In this document: one piece after another, positions 32,979 through 42,979 of the stretch
Layout: each line of letters opens with the position of its first letter
Position numbering within the stretch: the stretch's first letter is position 1
Source: Bdellovibrionales bacterium
GTDB taxonomy: Bacteria; Bdellovibrionota; Bdellovibrionia; Bdellovibrionales; JAUICD01
Reading direction: 5' to 3'
Assembly: GCA_965262715.1 (NCBI GenBank)
Contig: OZ253553.1
Span: 448,001-512,000 of the forward strand
DNA: 64,000 nucleotides
Program-made: the position numbers and the translations under genes
The notes under the pieces: generated by a model
Told to the model about the DNA's origin: nothing
Seen by the model: only the letters and a program-made list of their open reading frames with translations
Databases searched by the model: none

Positions 32979-34091
32979 CCATCATCGCAAGGATAATTGC
33001 TAAACTTTTTACTAAAAGGATGTATATATAGGTCTTTATCGGGACTAATGAGATAAGCATGAAATTCAGCTTGGCCTTCATTAATAGCAGCAATACAACC
33101 TTTATATGTATTACAACATATACTCTCAGACAAAACTCTTTTACATTCTTTTTGTGTAGATGTTGAATAATGGCCTTCATTTTCATTGGAATAAGTAAGA
33201 TTAGCATGTCCAGACTCATGCAAAAGAGTTTCAAAACTATTACCTTCAAAGAAGAGATCATCCTCATCTATTCTTAGAGCTATAGTATTTGTACCAGGAT
33301 GCCAAAGACCATTGACCCAACCAACTATATTGTATTCATCAGAAAATGTGTTCTTATCCATCAATTTCACATTTATACTTCCATCTTTTGCATAAAAAGT
33401 GCCTGCATTTAATTCCATCCATTCTTTTTGATACATAAGCCAGTGATAAACTGATGCTTGATGACCTGTTTTATTAATATCATTGAGGTTACTCTTTGTC
33501 CATTTACCCTTTGTAAGAGCAGCTTTTTTAAGTGGAGCATTATCCCAAAATGCTGATATTTTATAAGAAGCATTTTCAAGGGCATCGTTTGTAGAAGTAC
33601 CCAATATATTAACTCCAAACAAATTTTCTGTTGGAGGGTCTGACATATGTAGAGGATATTTTCTTTTAAAAATACAAGCATTAAATTCGGGATTTGTATG
33701 ACAGTCGGGCATCCTTTCTGATCCAAATCCCATTGAGGGGAGTTGAATTTCTATATCTACTGTTGTATTAGTCGTAGTAGTAACAGTAACAGTAGTCGTC
33801 GTTATAGGTGTCGCCTCTGATGTTTTTATCTCTGAATGAGATTGAGATTCTATCTTTTCAGTTGGTGATTCACAATTCTGAAAATTGATCGCTAAAAATA
33901 AAAGGGAAGAAGTTAAAATAAATATCTGTGAATATCGTTTCTCTTTTAAAAAACAATATTTCTGTCTCAGTGATCTTAACCTATAACTAAAATATTTTAA
34001 GATAGTTATAATCATTTTAAATCCAATAAGTCATTTATAATATAATCGGTATAGGTCTTAAATAACTTTAGAAATATCAATAATTTATTTA

Positions 34092-34302
34092 CTTTCTACC
34101 GCCCACGCATGGGCGCAGCTGTTTCCCTAAAAATGCTCTGACCTCTGGCCACTTTTTGACAACCAGCCTGACTAGCTTTCGCTGTCAGGCAAATAGCTGG
34201 TTGCCTAAAAAGATTGAGCATTTTTAGGAAGGAGAATCCTCTCATTTTTTTTTACAATGTTAAGGAAATGAAAACTTTCTACCGCCCACGCATGGGCGTA
34301 AC
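34092..34302 (-). CRISPR. Repeat - 155-bp hairpin element - repeat unit 2 (distal end of the main array)
   Basis: Degenerate repeat 34092-34119, element 34120-34274, perfect repeat 34275-34302. Confidence 0.9.
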
Positions 34303-35082
34303 TCCTCAGGAAGTCTTAGATAAATTTGATTATTCTTTCTACCGCCCACGCATGGGCGTAACTTTAAGCGATGATGATTTAAACGAGATTTTCGCTTTCT
34401 ACCGCCCACGCATGGGCGTAACTCGCAGCGCGCAATAATAAAGAATAAACTATTCTTTCTACCGCCCACGCATGGGCGTAACTTAACTACGAAAAAGACT
34501 TTAAAAATTGTGCACTTTCTACCGCCCACGCATGGGCGTAACAGAATGGGTAATCGACTAAAAGTTACAGATCTCTTTCTACCGCCCACGCATGGGCGTA
34601 ACTGTTATTATTTCAACATTGAGACTGATTCAATCTTTCTACCGCCCACGCATGGGCGTAACCTAAATAAGATGATCCATCCTCTGCGATCTCCCTTTCT
34701 ACCGCCCACGCATGGGCGTAACTTCTTACACTGCACCTGTTTCTTGATATCATTCTTTCTACCGCCCACGCATGGGCGTAACTCGCAGCGCGTAATACTA
34801 AAGAATAAACTATTCTTTCTACCGCCCACGCATGGGCGTAACTTACACACTTTATGTACGCACTCAGCCTATTGCTTTCTACCGCCCACGCATGGGCGTA
34901 ACAAGTTGTATAGAAGGGATTCTCCACAATCGCTCTTTCTACCGCCCACGCATGGGCGTAACCACATTAGTAATAACCACATCATCAACACCTGCTTTCT
35001 ACCGCCCACGCATGGGCGTAACTCTTGACGCACCTATATCAAGAATAAATTCTTCTTTCTACCGCCCACGCATGGGCGTAAC
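34275..35082 (-). CRISPR. CRISPR array: 14 identical 28-bp repeats and 13 spacers of 32 bp
   Basis: Repeat GTTACGCCCATGCGTGGGCGGTAGAAAG (minus strand), exact 60-bp period; CGCCCA-TGCG-TGGGCG hairpin followed by an 8-nt handle; only 44 bp from cas2. Confidence 0.99.
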
Positions 35083-35126
35083 ACATACATAAATATACTC
35101 AATAATATCAGTAAGTTTAAGATAAT

Positions 35127-35420
35127 TTAATGATTATTATTAATGCCTAATAGATGATTAAATATTCCTTCATTAGTTTGACGGCTTCTCAAGTCTCCAA
35201 AGACATAAGATCGAAATCCTAAATGATGAGTAGCATCAGACCATATAAATACCACTCTAAAATCTGTGTTTACTTTTTCCAATTCTTTTATAATTTCTTC
35301 TCTAATACCATTTTTTGGCCATACCCATACATCCATAGCTATTCTCCAACAGTACCTACCAATAATTCCACGAGCCTTATCACTTTTTTCTTTTAAAGCA
35401 TCATTAATAATAACAATCAT
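35127..35420 (-). CDS. cas2: Stand-alone Cas2
   Basis: 97 aa directly after cas1; MIVIIND start; RIAMDVW resembles the I-F Cas2 domain. Confidence 0.8.
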   Translation of the reverse strand: MIVIINDALKEKSDKARGIIGRYCWRIAMDVWVWPKNGIREEIIKELEKVNTDFRVVFIWSDATHHLGFRSYVFGDLRSRQTNEGIFNHLLGINNNH

Positions 35421-36296
35421 TCAATTATCCTTTTTAAAAACCTCATTTAATGTTCTCAATAAATAATTTAAAACGTCTATATCTAATACTAATTTCATAA
35501 ATTGATTTTTTATTTCTGTTAAACTCCATTTTTCTTTGGCAGCAATAAAAGAAAGATTTAAAGCAATGACAGGTTTGACAACATCTGCAAGATCATAAGA
35601 TAAACCTCCTCCTTTTGTTCTCCCATGTAGTACACCAATATTAGGATCATAACCTAAATGCAAAATGGTTAAATCTGCTAAAGAATAAGATAAAAAGTTC
35701 AAGAATGTGAGAAAATCTTTTTTCCCTCTAAAAGGTTTCCCTCTTGCCACTCTTGGAACATCATATTGCATAGCTAAAGATTTATAAGTTTCTCTTGCCC
35801 ATGCTCCTTCTTTTGATAAAAGTGTATTGATGGTGTCTTCATCCTTTCCTAAAGGAAATTCAGGTAGCTTTATAGAGGAATACTTCTTTATAAACAAAGA
35901 CCTCCTTTTAAAAAGAATTTTTGCAGATTCAATTCTTTTAACTTCATCACATATAATATTATGCTGTCTGATACGTGGAAGCGGTGACCTGTGCTGTGTA
36001 GAGCATAGATAAAGAGGAGCAGCATTGCCACCCATAACACCTATCAAACAACCCCTTGAAGATATAATCCTCATAGCTTCTGATGTGATGCTTGTGCCTG
36101 GACCTAAAAATAAGCCTCCAATGCCAGAAACTGGAATAGAATATTCTTCTTTTAAATTTGCTTTGAAGATTCTTATATCATTATCCTTTCTTTTAATCTT
36201 GCTATATTCTGTATAATAAAAAGGGATCCTTCTTGATAGAGGGATTAATGGTTGAACTTCATCAATACTGATATAATTCCGTTTAACTTGAGTCAT
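35421..36296 (-). CDS. cas1: Cas1 with mixed I-E/I-F features
   Basis: LGPGTSIT, KEG, VLHGRTKGGGLSYDLAD catalytic region. Confidence 0.93.
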   Translation of the reverse strand: MTQVKRNYISIDEVQPLIPLSRRIPFYYTEYSKIKRKDNDIRIFKANLKEEYSIPVSGIGGLFLGPGTSITSEAMRIISSRGCLIGVMGGNAAPLYLCSTQHRSPLPRIRQHNIICDEVKRIESAKILFKRRSLFIKKYSSIKLPEFPLGKDEDTINTLLSKEGAWARETYKSLAMQYDVPRVARGKPFRGKKDFLTFLNFLSYSLADLTILHLGYDPNIGVLHGRTKGGGLSYDLADVVKPVIALNLSFIAAKEKWSLTEIKNQFMKLVLDIDVLNYLLRTLNEVFKKDN

Positions 36297-38899
36297 TTTT
36301 TAAAAATCTTATTTAGAGTTTCTTTTTTAACTAATCCAAATTTTTTATGATACACTCTATGTGTTGTTTTTCCACTGTCTTCATCAAAAAGTGCTTTTTT
36401 AAAACATTCGTTTATTTCTTTATCAAAATGAGAACATAATAAAGGTCGCTCTGTTTTAAACCCAAAAGTTTTTATGTACCTATTGTATTCAAATACTTCT
36501 TGATCATTGATTTTATTCGCCTTATTGCATTTTGATATTGTCTTCAAACAAGTGCTCATAGCTTCTTCTATCTTCTTTATAAACCATATTCTACTTTCAT
36601 TAAGTAAATCCTCATCTCGTAGCTGATTTTGTAATCGTCCTTTATCATCCACAACACAAGCACTTAAAAGACGAGATTCACCTCTAAATAAACTGTTAAA
36701 CACCTGTGAAGATGCTTTTTTGTTTTTACCAAGTGAAAACCTTTTTGGAATATATTTATTTAATTCTTCAATAGCCTTTTTTTGCTGTTTTTTTAAAACT
36801 CCAAGAGATATCTCGATGTTTTCTTTACTCCAAAAAGTATCATAAACTTGCATAAGTTTTCTAATAGAAATAGCTTTATTATCTTGATCTATAATAAAAG
36901 ATAAAAAATGCTTTTTCCAATTCTGATGAATTTTTTTGAAATCTGCTTTTCTTTCATCAAAAAAGTTCTCTGATTCTTCATTGTAAATAAAATGAATTTC
37001 TGCATCTGGTTTGTTTTCAAACCTATTGATTCTTCCAGCAGTCTGACAATCTGTATGAGGCTGTGATAACTCTACGAGTGCTTTATCAAAGCTAAGATTG
37101 TAAGAGGATTGCAACATTTTAGATGTAATGACTGAATTTTGACTTATATAAGCGGTTTTTTGTCCATGCTCTTTTAAAATATTTTCCAATAACTCTTTTT
37201 TGTCCTCAGTTGTAAAATAGGTATGTATCATTTTTATTTGATCTTTATAAGTTTTAAAAAGACGAGAAAAGACTTCTTGGCAAGACTCAACCCTCAAGAA
37301 AGAATACAAACAATCAGGAATAAATTCTTTAATATCTTCTATTTCTTTCTCTTGAGCAGAAATTTTAAATTTGTGACCTTCTCTTGACGATAGTTCATCT
37401 CTTTTGAAAACAAATTTATCTTCTATATTAATATTAATTAGTTTTAAAAGAGATGGTTCTGGTGTTCCACTGAGCATTAAAGTTTTAACTCCAGAATCAA
37501 GCCAGGACCTAATAGTTAATACCTCTTTTAAAGAAGGAATCATTTTAGGAATATCTTTAAATTCATGAAACTCATCAAGAACTAAATGAGATCGAAGCAT
37601 TTTTACAAACTCTGAAGACTGGCTTCTCTTATAATAAGGGCTTAAAAATCGATCAAAAACCATGATATTAATATCTAAAATTAAAAAGTCCTCCTCCTCC
37701 TCTGGGTTCCAATTACAATGTTGTCTTTGCCCATTAAAAACTCCTTCTATTTTGATTTTTTGATCCCCATAAACTCTTTGGCTATCTTCTTCTAAAGACT
37801 TAGCCCATTAAAAACTCCTTCTATTTTGATATCCCCATAAATATCTTCTTCTAAGAGACTGGCAGGTAAATAAACCAGTGATTTGATGTTGCCTTGGAAG
37901 GGCTATCATTAAAGGATACTCATTATGGCAGTGATGCCACCAATAAAGTGCAATACTGGTTTTACCTCCTGCTGGATCAACTCCGCAAACAGAAAGTTTT
38001 TTATCTGACATTTTTTGGGCTAAATCATTCTGTTCTTTACTTTTTGGATTGTTATTCAGGTTTTCTAAAAGAATAGGTTTTTCTCTTTTGTGTGAATTAG
38101 TTTTAAAATTTTTCCAGTCATTTAAAAACCCTTGTAATTCTTCTAGACTCCAAGAAGAAACTGTCCTATCAGACTCAAGAAGTAAATTTAAACAAAGCTG
38201 CTTGCAGGCATTATCTATAACAGAATCCATTTTATGTTTAAAAAATTCAGGATATTGAAATCTTTTAACATTTTTTTGATTTGGATCTTCTAAATCTGGC
38301 GGACAATTTATCTTAAGATATGTTGAAAAAGAACAAAAAAGATCACAAATAAATTTATAAATTTGAAAAAGAACAAAAAAGATCACAAATAAATTTGCTA
38401 TTTGACTTTCTTTTACACTTTCAAAAATGTCTTTAGAATTTTCAAAACGTATTTTATTTTTTTCATCACACCAATTAGCTGAGTGATGCCAATAAACAGA
38501 ATGTTGAACCGTATCTTCTATTTTTTCATTTTGAAAACCAATAAAATTAGCAATGTAAGCCCAAGATATCTCATTGTGGAATGGCCCTTTAAATGTTTTT
38601 GGTCTAGAAGATTCAGCATCTGTAGGGAGTTCTATTGAGTCATTGTTATTAGATTTTTTCTTAATGTGATTTTGAAAATTATCTGAAACTTTTCCTATAT
38701 CATGTAATAGACTGGAGTAAATCAAATATTTATTGATCTTTTCTTCTTTGTCTGACTTGAATTTTAAGGATTTTAACAATAAATGCCCATAGAGGGCTAT
38801 GGCTATGGAATGCTCTTTTAAAGGTTGCCCTTTTGTATTGGCCAATAAAGTATTTTCATTGTTTTTTTGATTCTTGTTCATTGCTTTCTTCCCAGTCAT
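36293..38899 (-). pseudogene. cas3: Cas3 HD nuclease-helicase, no Cas2 fusion, interrupted by an in-frame stop
   Basis: LKEHS, LHDIGK, HNEIS, WHH (HD); GGKT, DEFH, QTAGRINR; both ORFs share a frame; TAA at 37808-37810 inside a 66-bp insertion. Confidence 0.88.
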
Positions 38900-38935
38900 A
38901 TTTTTTAATTTTCATCCCTGCTTTTCTTAAATCTT

Positions 38936-39940
38936 TTATTTTATTTGTACAAAAATATCATCTTTTATCTCATAACCACGTCCCATTTCATCCAAGCCTT
39001 CATAACTTACAAATGCAACTCCACCTTCACCCCATCTGGCTAGATTTGGGCCTTGCCTTAATTTTTCGATAAGTTCATCCCAAGCCCAATGCTTAGAGAG
39101 GTCTTGTTGATCTTCAAAGGCACTTTGTGCAAAATAAACATTGAAATCCACGCAGGCAATAAACGCAGGCTTTCCTCTCACAATTTTATGATATTTTTTA
39201 TCGACCCAAAATTTTGTAAACTTGGGACAAGCAAATGAGCTAAATTGATTCTGATTAAAATTTGTAAAATTCTGTCCAAATTTAGAGTCCTTTAAACAAA
39301 GAGAGTTGACTTCATCAATTATTCCCATAGTCTTTTTATAGATTGGTGTTCCTTTTTGTTGCATCTTTTTAAAATAAATCTTCATTTCCTTACCAAGCTT
39401 TGTATTAGGTATAGCTTCACTTCTAGGATTTTTTAAATCATCATACTCTGAGTCCTTCTTTTCAACTTTACTTTCTGAAATTCCTTCATTAACTGTACCA
39501 AGTGAATTTGTTTCAAAAATATTTCTTAGTGGTTGTTTAAAAAGTTTTATTGTTGGATTTGCCGTTTCAAAAGTGTGTTGATGAAGGTTCACATTAGGAT
39601 CAGCTTTAAAGTTTTTTGTATGAACATCTCTTCTTTCAAAAAAAGTAGTAACATAAAGTTCTGATACTTTTTTACAGGCAGATGCTTGAACCATTATATC
39701 CAAAGTAGTATTCAACTTTTGAATTGAGATATCAGTGCTATTCTCTATTTTCTTTATTTTTTGAGTTTCTCCCATTAAATAAGCAAATAAACCCTTTAAA
39801 GAACTTGATCTCACAAGAGGTAAAACTTTTTGATTCTTATCTGTTGGATGATCTGAAAGATTAAGATTGACTGGATTAAAATCTTTATTTTGTTTGATAT
39901 AAATACCACCAGATCGAACTTTTAATTGAATATAAGACAT
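38936..39940 (-). CDS. cas5: Cas5fv (Cas5f2)-like Cascade subunit
   Basis: 334 aa; KGLFAYLMGE, KIVRGKP and RWGEGGVAFVS resemble Shewanella Cas5fv as recalled; position after cas7. Confidence 0.7.
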   Translation of the reverse strand: MSYIQLKVRSGGIYIKQNKDFNPVNLNLSDHPTDKNQKVLPLVRSSSLKGLFAYLMGETQKIKKIENSTDISIQKLNTTLDIMVQASACKKVSELYVTTFFERRDVHTKNFKADPNVNLHQHTFETANPTIKLFKQPLRNIFETNSLGTVNEGISESKVEKKDSEYDDLKNPRSEAIPNTKLGKEMKIYFKKMQQKGTPIYKKTMGIIDEVNSLCLKDSKFGQNFTNFNQNQFSSFACPKFTKFWVDKKYHKIVRGKPAFIACVDFNVYFAQSAFEDQQDLSKHWAWDELIEKLRQGPNLARWGEGGVAFVSYEGLDEMGRGYEIKDDIFVQIK

Positions 39941-39954
39941 AATCTTTCACCACC

Positions 39955-40911
39955 CTAAGCTGCTTTTTTAGATTCTTCAAAAAAATGATGAAACTTTATA
40001 CTATTCAATTTTTCTTTTAAATCAGATTCACCTATATCCATAGAATCTTCTCCATCAAAGAAATGAACTGTTAAAGAGCCTTTCAGATAAGCTAATCTAG
40101 CTCCTGCTTTAAGGCCATGTATCATTTTGATTCTTTGAAATACTACTTTTACCAAATGACAGATTTGCTCTTGATTAAGTAAAATACCTGTTCTTGGATT
40201 TTTATAAACTGCTGTTGAATCAATATAATCCTTCACTTCAAGAGTTTCATCCACGCCATGTTTTTTAAAGTATTCTTTAAGAAGACTTATAAACTCATCC
40301 TTTTTGTCTTTAGGGATCATTGCAAAATCATTATCAACTCCATATAAAGATAAAAATTGAAGCTCTTTGAGATTGATTCCACCTAGAAGTTCTTGTTGTC
40401 TATAAGGAACATTGTCTTTTGAGAACATAGCAATATCACCTTTTTCTTTGCCTTGTGCTTTCCCTTCTTCTTTCGGTTTTGAACTTGAACCTTGGTCAAA
40501 AACAATTTCTACATCACCAATGGTTTGAGCATCTGCTATATGTAGAGGAGAGCATCTTTTAAGACCTTTAAGACCTTTAGAATCACCTTTTTCATCCGGC
40601 GATAAATAGCCTCTCAAAAGCCCGACTTCTGAAGCGACCATTTGAATAAATTGATCAGCAAATGTTTTGCTGGAAGGCTGTCTTGGTTGAATATCTTTAA
40701 AAATCTCATGTCTTATACAACGTGAAGATGTATAGTCAATTTCTTTTTCTAAACCTTTATCATCTTTAATTTTAAATATTTTTGCACCAATATTATTCTT
40801 GTACCATTGATTACTGTCAGGATCTTTTCTATCTTTTTTAGCATTATAGTTATAGATTCCCCATACATCTAACTTTCCTTCAAAAGTAATACATTTAACT
40901 TGCTGACTCAT
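39955..40911 (-). CDS. cas7: Cas7fv (Cas7f2)-like backbone subunit
   Basis: YTSSRCIRHEIF, ASEVGLLRGY, KRCSPL, FSK, LQFLSL, GILLN match Shewanella Cas7fv motifs in order, as recalled. Confidence 0.88.
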   Translation of the reverse strand: MSQQVKCITFEGKLDVWGIYNYNAKKDRKDPDSNQWYKNNIGAKIFKIKDDKGLEKEIDYTSSRCIRHEIFKDIQPRQPSSKTFADQFIQMVASEVGLLRGYLSPDEKGDSKGLKGLKRCSPLHIADAQTIGDVEIVFDQGSSSKPKEEGKAQGKEKGDIAMFSKDNVPYRQQELLGGINLKELQFLSLYGVDNDFAMIPKDKKDEFISLLKEYFKKHGVDETLEVKDYIDSTAVYKNPRTGILLNQEQICHLVKVVFQRIKMIHGLKAGARLAYLKGSLTVHFFDGEDSMDIGESDLKEKLNSIKFHHFFEESKKAA

Positions 40912-41446
40912 ACTTTTCTCCTCCTTTAATTAAAATTAATCCATAGCCATAAGACTTTCTTGATCCTATGCCTTCTGTTAATGCTTGATTAAATTTATCA
41001 TGATCTAAGATGTGAAATAATCCTTCTATGTGAAAAGCATTATGAACATGAAATTTCTTTTCACATTGAGGACCAAGAAATTCACAAGTTGCTTTATCTT
41101 CTTTAAGACCAGATAAAAAACAAAATTTTTCCAATGCCTCTTTTGAATACATTTTTTTAGGGACAATTGTTTTTCCATCTGTATCACGAAGTGATATATG
41201 CTTGTTACAAAATGCAACATGAGTTTCTAATTCTACCATCTTACAACTCTTATTTACCAAAACAGTCTTTTGAAAATTATGATGCAGGGATTTTACAGGG
41301 GGTATTTTTGAGAGAACATATAGTAAGTCACCTTGAGATAAAGATGGACATATATTTCGAGGTGAATTAAATAATTCTCTGATCAGTGAGTGAATTGATG
41401 AGTAACCTGCTTCAAATAGAGAAAAACAATAAATATTTCTCATCAA
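40895..41446 (-). CDS. cas6: Cas6e-like crRNA endoribonuclease
   Basis: YSSIHSLIRELF, LYVLSKIPP and IEGLFHILD..F..ALTEGIGSRKSYGYGLI G-loop typical of I-E Cas6. Confidence 0.85.
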   Translation of the reverse strand: MMRNIYCFSLFEAGYSSIHSLIRELFNSPRNICPSLSQGDLLYVLSKIPPVKSLHHNFQKTVLVNKSCKMVELETHVAFCNKHISLRDTDGKTIVPKKMYSKEALEKFCFLSGLKEDKATCEFLGPQCEKKFHVHNAFHIEGLFHILDHDKFNQALTEGIGSRKSYGYGLILIKGGEKYESAS

Positions 41447-41856
41447 ATAATCCTATATTATTAATGATCGATTGAAAAAATACATTGATTTTACTTGCTT
41501 TAGTTGAAGTGATGATTTGACTGTGGTATGACTAGGTGCTGTATTTATAGTTTATCGGATAATTAAAAGTTTTCTTAAGAGATCATTTTAAATTAAATAA
41601 GAATGTATGTTTCTTGATATGTTTTTGTTTAAGTTATGTTTCTTTTTAAGAACTTACAGATATTACTGGGGCTGTTGTTGTTTTATTTTAAGCTAGTCTG
41701 TTTAAAATATTCTTTTCTGGTTTTTTAACCTATAATGCTTAACAAAATACCAAATTTAAATAATATCTATTTTTTTTAAAGTTCTAAGTCCGCAAGCTAT
41801 TATATTTTTTTGAAGATGAATGACTTGATCACCTAAGTAGATACAGTAAAGTTGAT

Positions 41857-42069
41857 CTAACTTAAGGTGTTTTCAATGATTATTTCAACCCATGCTGTTT
41901 TTTTATTGTTATGTTCTATAAAGTTGCTAAATATGTAATCTTTACCATTGATTTTGACTTTTTGTCCCGTTTTCAGGTTTTGGTCATCCAAGTTATAGTC
42001 TAGACACTGTCTAACGATTAAAAACTCTACATCTTCTATATATTCTCGTTTAAATATCATTACTTTCAT
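41857..42069 (-). CDS. Small hypothetical protein
   Basis: 70-aa ORF with an AAGGA RBS upstream. Confidence 0.4.
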   Translation of the reverse strand: MKVMIFKREYIEDVEFLIVRQCLDYNLDDQNLKTGQKVKINGKDYIFSNFIEHNNKKTAWVEIIIENTLS

Positions 42070-42430
42070 ATTTCATATCCTTAAAAAAAGCTACCTAGAT
42101 TAGAACCTAAAGGGCTTTCACAGAAGTCTATTCATATTTTTATTACTGTGAAGCTTCGGCTTCTTTTTTGGTTTGCGCCTCTTCCTATTCTAAGGCCTTC
42201 TCATAACCAATTCAAGGTGATTTAGCATTTTTAAATGTCGATCAATAGCTCCTTGAGTTTGAGATGAAAGACAGTTATAACGGCTTCCTTTAGAGGAGTG
42301 TGCATATGATCTCTTAAACTGAACCTTATATTACATTTCACACGTTCCAAAGCCTCTTTGAAGCTCAAAATCTTCAATGTTAGGATGTTCTTCGGTTATG
42401 TCATGATGACAGTTATTAGCTTATGACATT

Positions 42431-42641
42431 CTTTCTACCACCCACGCATGGGCGCGATTGTTTCCCTAAAAATGCTCTGGCCTCTGGCCACTTTTTGACA
42501 ACCAGCCTGACTAGCTCTCGCTGTCAGGCAAATAACTGGTTGTCTAAAAAGATTGAGCATTTTTAGGAAGGAGAATCTTCTCATTTTTTTAAACGATGTT
42601 AAGGAAATGAAAGCTTTCTACCGCCCACGCATGGGCGTAAC
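42431..42641 (-). CRISPR. Repeat - 155-bp hairpin element - repeat unit 3 (upstream of the cas operon)
   Basis: Degenerate repeat 42431-42458, perfect repeat 42614-42641. Confidence 0.9.
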
Positions 42642-42979
42642 AAAAGTTTTCTATTCATTAATAATGAGTGTACAAGAATAATGGTTGAAAAGCTATATGA
42701 AATTTCGATATTGGATGTCGAGATTTCATACTATATTTATGTGTCTTTATGATACATTTGTCCGACTGCTTATCTTATGTACTTTTACATAGCTTATCTT
42801 GATTCATAATCTGATTATTTGTATTGATTTTCTATTCAAATGAGTTGAAGTGATGATTTGATTATGATATGACTAGCTGTACTTAATAGTTATCCAGGTG
42901 ATTAAAGATTCTCTTAGCAGGTTATCTTAATCCAAGATATAATATATCAAGATATAATAAGTCATAAGGAGTTAAAAGT

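Larger units (their letters stand above)
28956..34015 (-). pseudogene. HEXXH metalloprotease lipoprotein (~453 aa when reconstructed) disrupted by IS1634 and IS256
   Basis: FQNC lipobox; LHESGH...INEGQAE gluzincin pattern; ORFs 32933-34015 and 28956-29435 join after removing the IS elements and duplications. Confidence 0.85.

Noticed and set aside
34303..35054. Self-targeting by the 13 regular spacers within this window
   Set aside because: No match seen by eye; a proper search is still needed
34214..35092. Several repetitive ORFs over the array (e.g. FLPPTHGRN repeats)
   Set aside because: Artefacts of the 60-bp repeat-spacer period; not proteins
29463..41446. CRISPR-associated transposon or casposon
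   Set aside because: No TnsABC/TniQ or polymerase; the two transposases are self-contained IS elements with their own TIRs and TSDs
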